From: Ginglymostoma cirratum
Lineage: Eukaryota
Direction: 5' to 3'
Assembly: GCA_024137785.1 (NCBI GenBank)
Contig: JAHRHZ010000020.1
Location: 51,476,839-51,540,838, forward strand
Length of the DNA: 64,000 nt
Shown: piece after piece, positions 37,045-48,394 of the stretch
Numbering within the stretch: the stretch's first letter is position 1
Layout of the letters: every line of letters starts with the position of its first letter
Translations under genes and position numbers: made by a program
The notes under the pieces: generated by a model
The model's database searches: none
What the model saw: the letters and a program-made list of their open reading frames with translations, nothing else
What the model was told of the DNA's origin: nothing

Positions 37045-38472
37045 GGAGAAAGCCTGTGAAGAAAAGCCAAGGAACTATAGAGCAGTGAGCCTTCTGTCGG
37101 TGGCAGTGAAGTTCTTGGAGGGGATTCTGCAGCACGGGACTTATATGCATTTGGAATGGCAAGGACTGATTCGGGATAGTCAACATGGCTTTGTGTGTGG
37201 GAAATTGTGTTTCACTAACTTGGTTGAGTTTTTTTGAAGAGGTGACACAGAAGATTGATGAAGGCAGAGTGGTAAACATTTTCTATGTGGACTTCAGCAA
37301 AGTGTTCGACAAGGCTCTGCAAGGTAGACTGGTGACTAGGGTTGGATCACTCCAGACGGCGCTAGCCAAATGGATGCAAAATTGGTTACTAGACAGAGGG
37401 TTGTTTTTCAGGTTGGAGGCCTGTGACCAGCGGTGTGCCGCAAGGATCAGTTCTGGGTCCTCTGCTTTTCATCATTCATATAAATGGTCTGGATGTAAAT
37501 AAAGGAGGTGTGGTTAATCAGTTTGCAGGTGACACCAAAATAGATGGTGCAGTGCACAGTGAAGAAATTTACCTCAGAATTCAACAGGACCTTGATCAGA
37601 TGGGCTGATGGGCCGAGGAGCGGAAGATGGAGTTTAATTTAGATAAACATGAGATGCTGCATTTTGCTAAGGCAAACCAGGGCAGGACTTATACAGTTAA
37701 GGTGGGGCCCTGGGGAGCATTGCTGAACAAAGAGACTGAAGGGTGCAGGTACACAGTTCCTTGAAAGTGGAGACGCAAGTAGACAGGGTGGTGAAGGCAG
37801 CAGTTGGCATGCTTGCTTTCACTGAAAGAACATTGAGTATACAAGTTGGAATGCCATGTTGTGGGTATACAGGACATTGGTGAAACCACTTTTGGACTAG
37901 TGCGTAGAATTCTCGTCGCCCTTCTATAAGGATGTTGTTAAACTTGGCACAGTGTGGAAAGGAGTTACAAGGATGTTGCCAAGATGGTTGGGTGGGGGTG
38001 GGGTGTTGACTTGCAGAGACAGGCTGAATAGGCTGGGGCTTTTTACCCAGTAGCTTCAGAGGCTGTGGGGTGACCTTATAGAGGTTTATAAAATCATGAG
38101 GGGATGGATAGGGTGAATAGCCAAGGTTTTTTTTTGTTACGGTCGGGGAGTCCAAAACTAAACGGCATGGGTGTGAGGTGGGGAGTCCAAAACTAAACGG
38201 CATGGGTGTGAGGTGAGAGGGAAAAGATTTAAAAGGGACCCAAGGGGCAACTTTTTCACGCAGAGGGTGGTGCGTATATGGAGCAAGCTGCCGTAAGAAG
38301 TGGTGGAGGCTGGTACAATTACAACATTTAAAAGGCATCTGGACGGGTACATGAATAGGAAGGGTTTAGAGGGATCTGGGCCAAATGCAACCAGAACGGC
38401 TTAGGATATCTGGTCAGCATGGACGAGTTGGACTGAGGGGCCCGTTTCCGTGCTGTGCGACCCTATAACTCT
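37045..38472 (+). mobile_element. CR1 (HER1-like) LINE, 5'-truncated, RT domain to 3' UTR, frameshifted
   Basis: ORF pieces KPRNYRAVSLLS, LIRDSQHGF, FYVDFSKVFDK, SGVPQGSVLGPLLFII and FAGDTK (catalytic FADD mutated); 3' tail GGGCCCGTTTCCGTGCTGT...ACTCTA. Confidence 0.95.
38145..38214 (+). repeat. perfect 35-bp tandem duplication inside CR1
   Basis: (GGGGAGTCCAAAACTAAACGGCATGGGTGTGAGGT)x2. Confidence 0.95.
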
Positions 38473-38507
38473 AAAAAGATCCTGAGAGACATGAATAACA
38501 TGATGTC

Positions 38508-38727
38508 ATGGGATCAGTTAGCTCAGTTGACTGGATGGCTGGTTTGCAATGCGGAGTGATGCCAACAGCATGGGTTCAAATCCCACACTGGTTGAGGTTA
38601 CTGCGCAGGATTCTCCTCAACCCCTCCCCTCACCTAAGACACAGTGACCCTCACCTTAGACAACCACCAGTCTCTCTCTTATGAGACAGCAGCATATATG
38701 GCCTGGTAACACTATGGCTACTTTACC
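38508..38727 (+). mobile_element. tRNA-derived SINE family C
   Basis: A box TAGCTCAGTTG, B box GGTTCAAATCC, tail CTATGGCTACTTTAC; second copy at 36643-36830. Confidence 0.7.
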
Positions 38728-39845
38728 TATACCAATTTAAGCCACTGTTTATCAACTGGTCATTTACTTGACAGCTGTCTCTTGCACCGTCTGTACAAAT
38801 TTGTCGCTGTTTGCCGACATGACAATAAGTAGCCTGACTCTAAATTATCTTGTTCGTTTTGTTTCGAATGCCTAGGCTTGAGAAGGATGTACATCAACGT
38901 AAATTCCTGCTTTCTTTCAGATAGTTGCTCTCCTGCCTGAAGGGCATATTTTTTCTCAAAAAACTCATTCACAAGTGACAAATAGGTATCTTTCCTACAG
39001 TCATGCTGTCATCCATTGTCCTGATGCGCCTTCTGTGAAAAAGAAAACAGCTAGTGAATTGTATCCTTATGGTTGGGTTGGAAATATATCTTCCACCCAC
39101 TTAAAGCTCTGTTAGAAGCTCAATTAACTAGATATTAGACATTTACCTCAGGCACCAGGTGGAGTTTGACACCAGGGATAGTATTTGAAACATAATAAGC
39201 TTTTTTTTTATTATTACATTTTAAATCTTCCATCAGAAAGGAGTCAATGCTGCAGATTCATTTTATCTCAGTGCTGTGTGTGTGCAGTGAGACGAATCCA
39301 TATCATTCAGGATTATTAGAAAATTCCAGTCCACGCAGACCCGCAGAATAGATAAGAGCCTAGGGAAACCAACGCGTTTTCTGCTTTTAGATATTAAAAA
39401 ATGCAGGCAGCAAGTGAAAGGACAAGCAACTTATATCAGTTCAAGACTCCAGTGATATATGGTCATTAAATTTCATTGTTATTTTGAGGGATTTGACTTC
39501 TAATGTCATCGCAGCATTAATTTAAGACCTTCCAATTTCCTCAGTCAATATTTATGGAAGGGGTATTGAAATTCCAAGTGGATTCACTGGAATCTGAAAG
39601 GCTCAAGCTGGGTATATGTACGGCGGCAATATAAAAGGGTGATCCACGAGTCCTGATTCATTGATACTTCTTAACATGAGTTTTAATATCTGCACACACA
39701 ATTTGACACAAATTTACTTGCAAATATATCTGCGTCACCCTTCCCACCCAGCGATTTTGACTGCCCTCGAGCACAGAGTTTGAGCACCGTGCGGGAATAT
39801 CTGACACGGAATCGAAACGTGAAGTCTGTTTTTCTCTCCAGAGAA

Positions 39846-39941
39846 CGTAGGGTAGATTGATCTTAGCAGGGTAATAGGTCGGCACGACATCGTGGGCCGA
39901 AGGGCCTGTACTGTGCTGTACTGTTCTATGTTCTATGTTCT
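39846..39941 (+). mobile_element. CR1 LINE extreme 3' end
   Basis: GGTCGGCACGACATCGTGGGCCGAAGGGCCTGTACTGTGCTGTAC followed by a (TGTTCTA)3 tail. Confidence 0.88.
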
Positions 39942-39975
39942 AGATGCTGCCAGACCTGTTAAGTTTCTCCAGCAA

Positions 39976-40071
39976 CAGCGATAAAAGGTACTGCAGATGG
40001 TCTAAGCTTTCCTGCTCCTATGATGCTGCTTGGCCTGCTGTGTTCATCCAACCCCACACCTTGTTATCTCG
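39976..40071 (+). mobile_element. PLE family P1 insertion with a short inverted piece and 14-bp TSD
   Basis: TSD AGTTTCTCCAGCAA (39962-39975) / AGTTTCGCCAGCAA (40072-40085); body AGCTTTCCTGCTCC...TTGTTATCTC matches 16803-16868. Confidence 0.75.
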
Positions 40072-40895
40072 AGTTTCGCCAGCAATTTCTGTTTGTTTGT
40101 TTCAGATCTGCGGTTCTTGACTCAGGGGTTACTCGATGGGATTTCTGGCTGAAGGTTCCTCTGGATGTTGACTGCACTGTTTACCAGTGACTTGACAAGC
40201 GCTAACTTTGCAACAGTGATATGGCAACATTGAGGAATGGGAGGGAATGATCCAAGACTACTTTAAAGCCACCTTTCGTGTCAACAGCCGACCTGAAGTG
40301 ACCAATATATTAATCCATTTCTTCTCATTTGTTGAACCTAAATTAACACAGAGTAATTCTGATTTCCAGACTTAGTGAGCTGAATTTCTCCTCGTCATCG
40401 TGGGATTTGAATTCTTATCCTTTCGAAGATACGTGCAGGCTCCCACAATCATTTCACTTCCGCAACTGGAACAGGAAGCCCATCCAGTCTGTTCCGCCCA
40501 TCAATTCACTCCCATTGTCTGACGTGGGTCCAGATCCTTTGGTAACCTGATAGAACAAAGTCTACCAATCACATTCTGAAATGTTTAACTCACACCCATC
40601 AGCCTCAGCAGCTTTCTGGGGCAAGCGTGTTTCAGGTTTATTTTACAGTGAATTGCTTCCTGGCACTACCTCTGAATGACCCATTTGTAGTGCAATGCCC
40701 CCTTGCTCTGGAGGAAGGAGTTCCTCTTGAGCTAAAATTTCTGACTCGCAGGAATGTAGCAACGTAGAAAATAGGAGTAGGCCATTCTGCCCTTAGATCC
40801 TGCTTTGCCATTCAATATGATCATGGTTGATCATAACTCCCTTAATCATCTTTAGGGTACCAGTTAGATCATCCCTTTGATCATTCACACTGATG

Positions 40896-41212
40896 GGGGT
40901 GCTGTGGCATAATGGTGATGTCACTAGACAAGCAATCCACAGTCCCAGGCTAACATGCTGGGGACATGGGTTTGAATCTTACCTTGGCAGAGAGTGAAAT
41001 TTATTCCAGATTTTTTTGGATTTCAAAGAATTGGTTTAACAACTGTTGGCTGCTGTAAAAGTCCATCTGGTTAGCTGCTTCTTATCCAGTCTGGCCCTAA
41101 ACAATTAGATTGATTGCTGACTACTGTCTGAAATGACACTAGAAAGCCACTTAGCTCAAGGACAGTAATGGAAGGGTAATTCCCAGCAACACACACACAA
41201 ACACATCCCAAC
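40896..41212 (+). mobile_element. tRNA-derived SINE family B (older, degenerate)
   Basis: TGGCATAATGGTGATGTCACTAGAC...GGGTTTGAATC...CCATCTGGTT...AAGCCACTTAG. Confidence 0.65.
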
Positions 41213-41881
41213 TCCAAACTTACAACCCTACCTATGTCAACTCTTCTCGAAATGCGAGTTAGCATCATTCTGATAAATCTGCACCGTCATTCTGATGCGG
41301 ATAACTTAAAGCAACGAGTTTAGGATTGTTATAATCACTTGTGTGCGTACGATAGAATAGAATTATATAGAATTCTTTGAGGAAAAGAAAAACAGGATAC
41401 ATTCTGGTTTCTACAACTATTTAAGGTTCCAGCAACTTTTATCACTCAAAACTGCTGGGATTAATTAATGCTCGATATAAAGTGATATTGTGTGTGTGAA
41501 GAACTCGACAAGTTAGGTTACAATCTTGTGAAATGAAGTAGCAGGAAGTTAATCAGCAGCATCAGAGAGCAACAGCCGGCAATTAATTCGAATGAGTCTC
41601 ACCCTCTAACTATGTTTAGAATGAGAAAGTTGGGTTGCTGCTTATTGTAGAGTGGCAGCTGTGAAACACTCTGTAGCTCACTCTGTGACAGCATGCATTC
41701 AGCTGTTAAACTTAGAACCTCTCCTGTGACTTGACTGTACCCACCACCCACAGCTCGCACCCCAATGCCTTAACTCCCGACTCTCTCTCTCTCTGACTCT
41801 TTGTCTTTTCTTTCAGTCTCCCGTTTACATTCCGACTCGTCACCAAGGTATCTCCCTCTGGTTTGACCCCCGTCTTCCTTG

Positions 41882-42276
41882 TCATAGAGTCTTACAGCAC
41901 AGAAACAGGCCGTCCGGTCCAACTTGTCCATGCTGACCAGGTTTCCCAAACTGAACTGGACTCATTTGCCTGTGCTTGGCCCATAACTCTCTAAAACCTT
42001 TCCTATTCATGCACCTGTCCAAATGTCTTTTAAGTGTTATAACTGTCCCTGCGTCTACCACTTCCTCTGGTAGTTCATTCCATACATGAACAATCCTCTG
42101 TGTGAAAACGTTGCCCCTCAGGTCCCTTTTAAATGCTTCACCTCTCACCTTAAACCTATGTGCTCTAGTTTTGGACTCCCCTACCCTGAGGCAAAGATCT
42201 TTGCCATTCACCTTATCCATGCCCCTCATGATTTTAAATGCCTCTAGAAGGTCACCCCTCAACCTCCTACGCTCTA
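41882..42276 (-). mobile_element. CR1 (HER1-like) LINE 3' end
   Basis: Minus-strand ORF LERRRLRGDLLEAFKIMRGMDKV...KTRAHRFKVRG...FTQRIVHVWNELPEEVV. Confidence 0.95.
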
Positions 42277-42279
42277 AGA

Positions 42280-42498
42280 TACATTGCTGTGGGTCTGGAG
42301 TCAAGTGTAGGCAAGACAGCAGTTTCCTTCCTTAGTTAGTGAACGAGACGGGTTTTTTTCCCTGACAAAAAGGCTCCTGTCGTTCCAGGTTTTTACTCAA
42401 TTCAAATTCTACCATCTGAGATTTGAACCCGGGTCCCCAGAATATTACCTGGACGTCTGGATTAAGAGGCAGTAATAACACCACTAGGCCATTGCCTC
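42280..42498 (-). mobile_element. tRNA-derived SINE family B (3'-truncated)
   Basis: Reverse complement GAGGCAATGGCCTAGTGG...GGGTTCAAATC...GACTCCAGACCCACAGCAATG matches 52908-53175. Confidence 0.8.
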
Positions 42499-44607
42499 AC
42501 CATCTGGATAATAAGTTTTGTTCGGCTTTTTCTTGAACTGGAACACGGGAATAGTAGATGAACTTTAACACAAATGCAGAGAAAACTTTGTGGCGTAATC
42601 CAATTCATTTACCTAGTGCCTAATGTATCTCCTGAAGGAACAGATGTTTGCAGTGGTGGAGAAGCAAACCGTACTTTGGACAGCCAATGTTCGTGTCAAG
42701 TGCTCCAAGGTGAAGTTTGATAGGCAGATGGAGTAAAGGTTCAGTTGTTATGTCTCAACCACGGGTATCTGCTCGAAGAGTATTGAAAAAACATAGCCTG
42801 CCAGAGACCCCAGGCTCCAAACCTCAACTTTCCAATTTTCACCTCTTGACAATGCTCCACTACCATTCATTGCAGTGCCTTGCATTAACATCAGTGATTA
42901 ACCCTCTTAAAATAGTTGGAATACAATTTCCTCCGCATGGTTACGGCAGTTAAGAGAAAACCAGAGGGTTGCAGTGGGAGAACTTTCTTAAGAGAAAGTA
43001 AAAGTTCGGCCAAACCACCCTGCTTGATGAACAGAGAGCTGGTGTATAAAACCGCAGCCCTCAGATGGGCATCGACATGGTAAAGAGGAATGCACACAAA
43101 TTCAGTTGAGATCGTGTGGTTTTGCTTAATGGTACAAAGAGGCTAACGACCTGGACAGCATTTGGGATCTGAGGATGGACAACACATTGCAGTAAGATCC
43201 CTTGGCAATAAATCTGAAACCCCAGTAAACTTTATAGGTCTGTGACTTTTCTTCATCGTGCTCTATTTGCGCGCATCTATGCTTTATGTATATTAAAAGG
43301 TGAATAAACTGCTGATTACATAGCCTTTAAATGGATGAATGCGTGCGTTTAAACATCAACTAGTTATTGCATTCTTTGACATGCTATGCTTACTGTTTTA
43401 TAGACATTAATTGCAGCAGATTAGGTAAACCCAAAGACTTCTCATAAATGAACAATAAGATGCTATTTCAGCAAGGAACTAACATTATACATTTCCAATG
43501 TTTTAATAAATGTAATTACATTTTCTTTTGCAGTTCACTTGCTCGCAATAATAAAAGTCAAATGTACTTATTGAAATGATGCAGTATCTTTTAGTCAAAA
43601 GAAAATGATGAGATGAGACATATCCTGCTGTCCAGGCAAGTCAGCCACAAATGTCGGAATGGCTGCAAAGTTTCAGCCAAATTAGTCACTGGAAGACTGA
43701 CCTGACACGAGAACTGACCACGAAGCTCTGAGACGGGGAAAGGGGAACGATTGGTTCTTCCAGCTCCCAGTTACTGTTTAGTGGTCCTTGCCGTAATCGG
43801 AACCATCCTCAAAAAAAATGAGGCAAGGCTGACAGCAGCAATTACAGAGGGGTATTCCTGCTGTCCATCGCAGTGAAAGTCATTGCAAGAGCCTCTCCTC
43901 AAATGTCTCACCCAAGTGGCTGCTCCCAGAGTGGATTGGGCCTATTAAGTGTGCGTGATTTTCATAGCAAGCCAAGTCCGTGGAAAGGGCCGGGAGCAAT
44001 AGCAACACATGTGCACAGCCTTCTTTGATCCCATGAAGCTTTCTGATCCTCAATGAGACAGAATAGGGAGCATCCTCCTCCAATGAGGTCGCCTGCAGAA
44101 ATTCATCACCATCCTCTGCCTTCAGCTACACAGCAACACGCAAAGCAATGATTCCATGACACAGCCCATGTGTCGTTGGGCAATGTGGGTCAAATCTTAA
44201 AATTAGGGAGCTTCCTTTCAGCGAGGACAAACACTGCCAATCAAACTCAACATTCCAACTCTTCACGGTCATATAATCCACAAATATGGGACTCACATTG
44301 AGTGCAGCCATTTAGGTGAAAGGCTGCCCACACCCTCGGAACCATGGATACAGTGAGAAACAATGGCAATGTTTTGGAAGACAGTCACTCAGGTGGGATG
44401 GTTCCTGGTGATCGCTAGGGTTTGTTCAAGTACCTTGTAACAACTAACTGCAAGTGTAACGTTGAACAGACTACACACTCGCCGCTCACCTATTTCTTCC
44501 TTCACACACCCTGATGACAGCTGGTTCTACCTCACCTTCGCTCCTCTCAGATTTTTATGACCTCTGTGTTGTCTGACTGCTCATCCTACATCCAGGCCTG
44601 GGTACAC

Positions 44608-44850
44608 TACAATTTAGGACGAACATCAGGAGAAATTTCTTCACCCAGAGAACAGCAAGCCTGTGGAATTCTCTGCCAAAGAAAGCGGTCGAGGCCGTAA
44701 TTCGAGGAGGAGTTAGGTATCACTTGTTGGGTAAAAGAGGTCAGAGTATGGAGCAAAAAAGTGACAACAGGGTACTGAGTTGGACGATCAGGCATGATCG
44801 CACTGAATTTCGGACCAGGTTCTAAGGGCTGAATGGCCAACTCCTTGTAC
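44608..44850 (+). mobile_element. CR1 LINE 3' end
   Basis: AGGAGAAATTTCTTCACCCAGAGA...CTGTGGAATTCTCTGCC...AAGGGCTGAATGGCCAACTCCT. Confidence 0.8.
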
Positions 44851-44897
44851 TTTTTTTTTTATTTCCATGTAACCTCCTCCATGATCTCTGCTTTCTG

Positions 44898-45434
44898 GGT
44901 TGGCACTGCTGCCTCACAGTGCCAGGGACCCCGATTCAATTCCACCCTCTGACGACTGTCTGTGTGGAGTTTGCACATTCTCCTCGCGTCTGCGTGGGTT
45001 TCCTCCCACAGTCCAAAGATGTGCAGGTTAGGTGGATTGGCCATGCTAAATTGCCCCCTAGCGACCAGGGGCATGCAGGCTAGGTGGGTGAGCCATGGGA
45101 AATGCAGGGTTACAGGGATAGGGTGGGGGGTGGGTGGGACTGGGTGGAAGATAGCAAGAACGGCAGACGTTGGAGCCAGAGTCACCACAGTGTGGAGCTG
45201 GAGGTACACAGCAGGTCAGGCATCAGAGGAGCAGGAAAATCAACGTTCCGGGTTTACACCCTTCATCAGGACTGACGAAGGGTCCCGACCCGAAATGGTG
45301 ACTTTCCTGCGGCTCTGATGCTGCCTGACCTGCTGTGTTCCTCCAGCTCCACACTGTATTGACTGGGACACTCTTCAGAGGGTCGGTGTGGACACGACGG
45401 GCCGAATGGCCTGCTTGCATGCTGTAGGCATTCT
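44898..45434 (+). mobile_element. HE1-type V-SINE interrupted by a palindromic PLE remnant
   Basis: Head GCACTGCTGCCTCACAGTGCCAGGGACCC and V-domain; tail resumes at 45365 CTCTTCAGAGGGTCGGTGTGGAC...GGGCCGAATGGCCTGCTT. Confidence 0.9.
45148..45364. mobile_element. palindromic PLE (family P1-like) remnant with two head-to-head decayed hammerheads
   Basis: Inverted arms 45180-45269 and 45272-45364; centre CCCTTCATCAG-GA-CTGACGAAGGG. Confidence 0.8.
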
Positions 45435-47989
45435 TACTTTGTGTTCATTCCTTCACCTTGGCACTGATGACTCTGCCGTTCGTGACCTATGCCCTCAACT
45501 CAGGAAATCCACTCTTAAAATTATTTATCCTCATCTCTCTCCTCCTTTGGGATCTACGAATAGCTGTTCACTTGCCTCTTATTTTAATCAGTCTATCTTT
45601 TGTCCGATGATTCTCCAGTTTCGCATCTGAGTTTTTTTTGTTTTTAAAGGCCACTACAAAACTGTTGAGCCAGTTAAACATAATATTAAAGAAAAGTAGT
45701 TTTCAGATTCCAGACTGACTGCACCCATTCAGTGAAAGATTAATCAAATATGTGACAATGTCAGATTTTTCCCAAAGTTCAATTTCGAGCAAACTCTAAC
45801 GAAGATTATTCTGACAACAATTAAGAGACATTAATTATGATCGATTTGAACATTTCCACAGCACCTCAGAAACTCCTGAATTGCTCGCATGCAAATTTCC
45901 CCTCGACACATGGCCTTTGAATATAATTAATGGGGACAAAAAAAAGGGAAAAACAGGCAACGCGTCTTAAATATCATTGCGTATGCTACTGAAAAAAAAC
46001 CCTGTATTTTCATTGATTCTCCACATTGATTCCTTTCCGTTCTGAAGTGCAAATCATTTGTTTGCCATTCAGTTCATCCTTCTTGCAATTTATTAACTCT
46101 GCTGGTCCCTTCTAATCCTGCTGACAATCACTAGGGTCTTATAAAATAGGATCAATTAAGCAGAAAAGTAACATTACATTAAACAGTAATAAAATTGTGG
46201 AAATCTGATGTAAAAATGATTTTGCTTATTACATGCACAAAATATAATTTGTTCACTGCCCAGCACAGATTTGATTACCTCCAAAATGCACAAAAATTAG
46301 TCTTCTGTGTCCACCCAGTGCTTAATATTTATATTCGATCATATATTACTACTGATAATGTGATGCCTGTGAATAGATTGGAATTTTTCAGCGTCCTTTA
46401 TCAAGACGAATTGATGTGTCGATAGCAAAAGGCTCACAAGCATTAATACGCTCCTTCTGTATTGGAGTCAAGGATTTTCTTTTGAGTCTTCAATTGAAAT
46501 AAAAGTTGTGCTCACTGGTAATAACAGAAGACTGCAGGGTGGCTATTCCAGTTGCCCATTAGCAGGCTCTTAAAAGGATGCTTTACTTCCAGAAATTAGT
46601 CAGCATGCTACAATAGCTGCATGGATCATAAACTTTCAGTCAATACAAGTCAGGAGACTCGCAGCTAAAAGGGAGAGAGAAAAAAATACCCTAATGTCAT
46701 CTCTCAGTTGTCCAATGGCGGTATCTGATAACCTCGGGAGCAGCTGTTTGAAGCAGAACTTTATCTTGGCCTCTTTCCATCTACAGTCGCACAGTGTCCC
46801 ACAGTAGCAATTTGCTCATTGGCCTATTACTTTCAATAGCTATTCCAGTAATTGGCTATTTCACACTTGTAAGGGTTGAACTGGCAGAGAGCAAAGGCCA
46901 TGCAACCAGCCTGTCAGAGCCCGACAATCCGATCGTTCATCAAATTATCAACTTTCAGCGAGACTCAGTGAATCCCGAGCACGGCTCGTTTGTCAAGCTT
47001 TATTACATTTCGCGTGTGCTTTATCAAAATTCATCCAAAAAAGCAACAACCACCAAAAAAAAACAGTATCTTGAGATACATCTCAGAATTCCGCCCGCAA
47101 CATCCAACCGGCCTGGCATAGGAGATACATCCAAGCTCAGCTTCTCTGGGGCTTCCTTTTGAGCTGCTGTTAATATTATGCTGGCACCAGCTGTCCTTTC
47201 GTCATCTTTGCCAACAATACCCAGCCCTCCGCTTAGAAAGGTATCCCATGGAACGGATTTGTTCACTTTTTACCTTTCAGGACAAACAGGTTGTTAATGA
47301 AACTCTGCCTTTGACAATTATTAACAAGGAAATGTTCTTTTTTTGTTTCTGACATGCTTGTGGACTACCAAGCCAATATAAGTCAACACCTCATTGTGTA
47401 CCTTATGGCATTTCTGATACCCAAAATGTTGCCTTGGAGACTGATGTGCCCACATAACACTGAATCAGGCTTTACTAAGGTCTGAAATGGAACCTTTGTT
47501 TTGATTCTGACTCAATCTTCTTAAAAATAATGTATCTTCAAACCAAGTTTAACTGCCTCTTGTTTGCAGAACAAAGTGCTTTTGACTGCGCAGCCGTGAG
47601 AAGGTGTAAATATAACTTAAGTCTACATTAACGTCGAGCAGTGCGAGCTGATTAATATTGTCCGATTTGTTCAACACCTTTGGCCATTTGTAATGCTGGT
47701 TCTTTAAATGACACAAGGAAATGGACGGTCCTGCTGCTCCGGGCTCTGTGCACGTGATGAAGTAATCTTTGAAAGAATAACGGACAAGGTGTGTGGTCTG
47801 GCCTGCAAAGAAACTTAGACATTGCAGGGGGTCCTTCAGCCTTATTGTGTTATCTGGAAGCATTTTTTTTTCTGGTGCCCATCACATTGAAAAACGAAAG
47901 GACTTGCCATTTCGGTTATCCAATGTCTGCTCGCAGATCAAGTCAAACAAGGCTCCCGTAGAATGGTGTCAGGCACGAACCATGCATCC

Positions 47990-48070
47990 CTCACTCCACA
48001 GATGCTGAGTTTCTCCAGCGCCTTCTGCTTTTATTACAGATCTCCAGCATGCACAGTACTCTGCTTCTAT
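47990..48070 (+). mobile_element. Penelope-like pLTR remnant, family P2
   Basis: CTCCACAGATGCTGAGTTTCTCCAGC...CAGATCTCCAGCAT...CAGTA. Confidence 0.55.
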
Positions 48071-48394
48071 CTGAGGGTGAAGTCACTCTCAAAGTGAGCC
48101 TCACCCAGCCCCCACCGGCCCCGCAAAACTTTTACAACAGTAGCACGACAGCCATGAGGCACTAATGTAACATACTTCCCAGAGCAACCATATCTGCAGT
48201 GTTAGAGACAAGGGTGAGGCGCAGGTTTGAAGTAGTTTCAGGAGCTCAGAAAACTGCCACCAATCATTTTCAGATTGATATTCAATTTGTTCCGCGATAG
48301 CTCAATCCTTCTTCTTCAGTCTGCAGATTTAGCCTGCAAATGGACGAAGTCTCAAGGTCAGAGGGTAGACAGACTTGGAAGTCGAGGAGAGTCT

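Larger units (their letters stand above)
39813..40120 (+). mobile_element. PLE family P2 remnant hosting two nested insertions
   Basis: CGAAACGTGAAGTCTGTTTTTCTCTCCA | AGATGCTGCCAGACCTG...CCAGCAA | TTTCTGTTTG...ATCTGCGGTTC rejoin into one P2 unit. Confidence 0.7.

Noticed and set aside
38921-39058. Strong-looking acceptors on both strands (TTTCTTTCAG at 38920; minus-strand TTTTCTTTTTCACAG near 39033)
   Set aside because: Minus-strand frames all stop within ~65 nt without a good donor; the + candidate is 65 nt with a weak GTATCT donor
42638-42709. 72-nt open segment between AG and GTGAAG
   Set aside because: Weak pyrimidine tract and donor; peptide not recognised
46787-47162. Acceptor-like CTCTTTCCATCTACAG followed by a 122-aa ORF
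   Set aside because: Non-ATG start, no homology I recognise and no clear donor; better explained as non-coding sequence
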